From assembly GCA_044221725.1 (NCBI GenBank), contig JBGAON010000002.1, positions 609,616 through 673,615 of the forward strand: a DNA stretch of 64,000 nucleotides. The letters are read 5' to 3'. This stretch comes from Elusimicrobiota bacterium. Its GTDB lineage: Bacteria > Elusimicrobiota > Elusimicrobia > F11. The stretch's first letter is position 1. Every line of letters begins with the position of its first letter. The notes beneath the pieces were generated by a model. It made no database searches. It was not told the DNA's origin and worked only from the letters and a program-made list of their open reading frames with translations. Below, one piece after another: positions 61,081-64,000 of this stretch. The position numbers and the translations under genes are program-made.

Positions 61081-62657
61081 GAAACTTTGTCGGATATATA
61101 AACAACCCCGCCTTTATTTTCGCGGCATTGTTCACGACGATTGTCACCGGTGTTTTGGTTTTCGCTCACATGCCAAGGTCGCGTCGCCACCAATTGTTTT
61201 TTCTTTTCACAATGACCGTCGCTTGGTGGCTGCTGTTTTGGGGACTGTTTCATTCCACGCACGATATTGGAAAAGCCAAGCATTGGCTTCGCTTCACGCA
61301 CATGTTGAGCGTGCCGTTTATCTCGCCGACCATTTATTGGTTCTCTCTTACGTGGCGCGAAAATTGGAAACAAAACAACATTATTCTGTTTGGGTTCGTT
61401 GCCGCGGCGTTTGTAGCAACATTGCACACTCTTTACACCGACAGAATCTACGATGTCGTACACACCAGCTGGGGAATCATGTGTGTTCTACGATACACGC
61501 CGTTCGGTATCGGTTACTATGCGCTCTTTCAGGGTTTGTTTTGTATCTACGGAGCGCTGACGTTTCGCGAGCTTTATTTGCAATACCGCAGCACGCGGTC
61601 AATCAACGAGAAACAGCAACTGCGCTATTTCTTTATAGCGTTGGCTTTCGGGTACACAGGCGTGTTCGATTTTTTGGCCGTGCTCCATTTCGATACGCCA
61701 CCGTTGGGATACATTTCGGTAACGCTCTTCCTGATTCTGTTTGCGTATGCGTTGGTGCGTCACAATCTTCTCGATATCAATCTGACCTATCAAAAATTCT
61801 CGCTTTTAGCCGTCATCTATTCGTACCTGCTCGGGCTTTTGGTCCCCGTGATATACGTGTTCTCCAAGCGGCACGCCGATTTATGGATTCAATCTCCGGT
61901 GGCCTTGGCGCTTAGCACTGGCGCGCTCATGGGTTTTATTTTGTCGTTGGGTCCGTGGATCTACGCGTACATGACGAAGAAACTATTTTGGATGAGAACA
62001 AAATCGTCGACCGGCCTTGTCCACGAACTCAAGTCACCGATCGGGAATATTCTTTTGGCGTCGGAAAGCCTTTTGCTTGCCTCAAACGGAGAATCAAACA
62101 AAAATGATTACGCAGCGATCATTCAGAAGAACGCCGAACGTCTCGATTCGTTTGTTCGCGATCTCCTTCACGTGGCCCGCGCCTCCGATCAACAAATCCA
62201 GCTTCGCCCGTCACCATTTTCGTTGACAAAGGTGATTGCCGCCGAATGCGAACACCACCAACCGACGGCCGAAAAACAAAACTCAGAATTGATATTTGAT
62301 GCGAGCGAGCCCTTCGAAGTAACCGCCGATCAAGAAAAAATTCGCCAAGTAATTTCAAACCTGTTGTCCAACGCGCTTAAATTCACGAAACAAGGACGCA
62401 TTGCGGTGGCCATCAGGAAAACACCGACAACGCTCCTCTGCGAAGTTCAAGACAACGGCGCAGGTATCCCTTCCAGCGAAATCGATCACGTGTTCGACCG
62501 TTTCTTTCAAGGCAAACACTCCACCAAGGGCTCCGGCATCGGCTTAACAATTGCGAAAGCCTGGGTGGAAGCGCACGGAGGAAAAATTTGGGCGGACAGC
62601 GCAGGAGAAGGGAAGGGGACGACGGTGACATTTGCGTTGCCTGTGGAGAAGTTCTGA
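61077..62657 (+). CDS. Sensor histidine kinase 2 (7TM, HisKA, HATPase)
   Basis: ATGA overlap with HK1; GYTGVFDF, AYALVRHNLLDI, VHELKSPI, NLLSNALKFT and GSGIGL motifs. Confidence 0.92.
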   Translation: MRNFVGYINNPAFIFAALFTTIVTGVLVFAHMPRSRRHQLFFLFTMTVAWWLLFWGLFHSTHDIGKAKHWLRFTHMLSVPFISPTIYWFSLTWRENWKQNNIILFGFVAAAFVATLHTLYTDRIYDVVHTSWGIMCVLRYTPFGIGYYALFQGLFCIYGALTFRELYLQYRSTRSINEKQQLRYFFIALAFGYTGVFDFLAVLHFDTPPLGYISVTLFLILFAYALVRHNLLDINLTYQKFSLLAVIYSYLLGLLVPVIYVFSKRHADLWIQSPVALALSTGALMGFILSLGPWIYAYMTKKLFWMRTKSSTGLVHELKSPIGNILLASESLLLASNGESNKNDYAAIIQKNAERLDSFVRDLLHVARASDQQIQLRPSPFSLTKVIAAECEHHQPTAEKQNSELIFDASEPFEVTADQEKIRQVISNLLSNALKFTKQGRIAVAIRKTPTTLLCEVQDNGAGIPSSEIDHVFDRFFQGKHSTKGSGIGLTIAKAWVEAHGGKIWADSAGEGKGTTVTFALPVEKF

Positions 62658-63862
62658 TGGTGCCGCATCTCATTCTCATGCTGGAAAATTATTTCACCTA
62701 CACGACGCACGGATTTCTGAACGTAGCGGCGGGCACAATAGGTCTGTCTGTGGGACTACTCGTTCTTCTCAACAATCCGAAATCGGAAAAGAATAGAACG
62801 TTCTTCTTAATGACGCTTTCCACCGCTGTGTGGATGTTTATGTTTGGCGCAATCTCTCTTTCGAGAGATATTTCAACGGCTATGCGCTTTCAATCGATGT
62901 CTTATTTTTTCGGTGTGTCTTACATCCCCTCATGCTTCGTTTTGTTCAGTGTCGCATGGTTGCGTCGACAAATGAACAGCCCCTTCATCTGGATTTGCTT
63001 CACCTGGTCGACGGTTGTCGCCATTCCAATGATTTTCTTTACCGACACCGTTGTAAATCTTCAACATTATTCTTGGGGATGGTATCCATACTTCCAACCA
63101 ACCGCAACCGGCCGGCTGTATGCTGCGGTTCTCCTTGTGCCTTTCTTTACGATCGCTGGACTGCTGTTTAGAAACCTTTGGATCGGTTGGAAATCCTCTG
63201 TTTCACCTCAAGAAAAAAAGCAATTCCGCAACCTGTTGATTGGTTCGATCATTGCATACTTTGGTTCTCTCGATTTTCTGACGACATTTCGAATTAACTA
63301 CTATCCATTGGGCTATTTGTTCCTTTCCATTTTCTTAAGCATCGTCGCCTACACCATTGCCCGGCATCAAATTTTCGATATCAACATTCTCATTCGGAAG
63401 TTTGCTGTTATCTTCTTGATTTACGGATTTCTAGCAGCCGGCTTAATTCCCTTGAGCTCGGTCATCATGCACAGAGTGAATCCAAACGAAATCGGGAACG
63501 TCTTAACTTTTGGAGTTCTTGTCGGATTGTTTTTGTCGCTGGGCCCAATGATTTACGCATACCTGCTGCGTCACACGTTCTGGCTGCGCGGCAAAAGCGC
63601 GACAGGTCTGACGCACGAACTTAAATCGCCGCTCAGCACCATTCAAGGCGCCATCGAGGTTTTGCTATCGCAACAGAAAGCGCAACCGAACGATCCCGTC
63701 AAGACGCTCGAATACTTGGAGATCATTGAGAAAAATACGAACCGGCTCGAATTGTTCGTGAACGATTTGCTGAAGCTCGCAAAAATTCAGGAAGAAGATG
63801 TGGTTCTCGAAAAATCCCATTTCGACTTTGCGGGTCTCGTGCAAGAAACCAGCGAAATTTAG
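62657..63862 (+). pseudogene. Sensor histidine kinase 3, truncated before the HATPase domain at a duplication junction
   Basis: 7TM region and THELKSPL present. The TAG stop (63860-63862) is formed exactly where the sequence switches to a copy of 61531 onward. Confidence 0.7.
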
Positions 63863-64000
63863 GGTTTGTTTTGTATCTACGGAGCGCTGACGTTTCGCGA
63901 GCTTTATTTGCAATACCGCAGCACGCGGTCAATCAACGAGAAACAGCAACTGCGCTATTTCTTTATAGCGTTGGCTTTCGGGTACACAGGCGTGTTCGAT
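63861..64000 (+). repeat. Exact direct copy of 61531-61670 (internal HK2 segment), running to the window edge
   Basis: 140 of 140 bases match by direct reading; offset 2330 bp. Confidence 0.95.

Noticed and set aside
60940..62650. Recent gene conversion between the HK1 and HK2 3' ends
   Set aside because: Protein identity is high but many third positions differ, which fits purifying selection rather than recent conversion.
63860..63862. Stop-codon readthrough or recoding in HK3
   Set aside because: The sequence after the TAG is an out-of-frame copy of the HK2 membrane region, not a HATPase continuation.

Overview
Bacterial chromosomal window from a diderm organism. The gene mix (PorV-like barrel, FlgD-Ig/T9SS-like C-terminal domain, very large signal-peptide proteins with an IQDIH/LEG/GGFH N-terminal domain) suggests Elusimicrobiota or a similar lineage; this is inference only. 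Left to right: (1) futalosine-pathway menaquinone genes mqnP-mqnM(ubiX)-mqnL(ubiD)-mqnE on the minus strand, preceded by a membrane protein with a degenerate GH13 domain. (2) A ~39 kb co-oriented nucleotide-biosynthesis cluster: HAD, purA, carAB, nrdR-nrdJ-dcd, guaB3-guaA, purC-S-L-Q-F-D, pyrR-B-C-D-F-E, purM-N-B, an MBL hydrolase and tkt. (3) miaB, a PilZ protein, a 1597-aa surface protein and a PorV-like partner. (4) An OmpR-type regulator, a FadL-like channel and three tandem 7TM histidine kinases; the third is cut by an exact 140-bp copy of the second at the window end. Most notable: two paralogous large exported proteins (1036 aa and 2172 aa) share a conserved N-terminal module but carry unrelated C-terminal cargo (tandem HTH-like units vs a complete MBL/beta-CASP ribonuclease), and both have the same 4 x 11-bp direct-repeat promoter architecture, suggesting a co-regulated polymorphic exported-protein system. 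Also notable: a family of at least 9 short palindromic elements, two of them in-frame inside purL and miaB. No rRNA, tRNA, CRISPR array or transposase was recognised.
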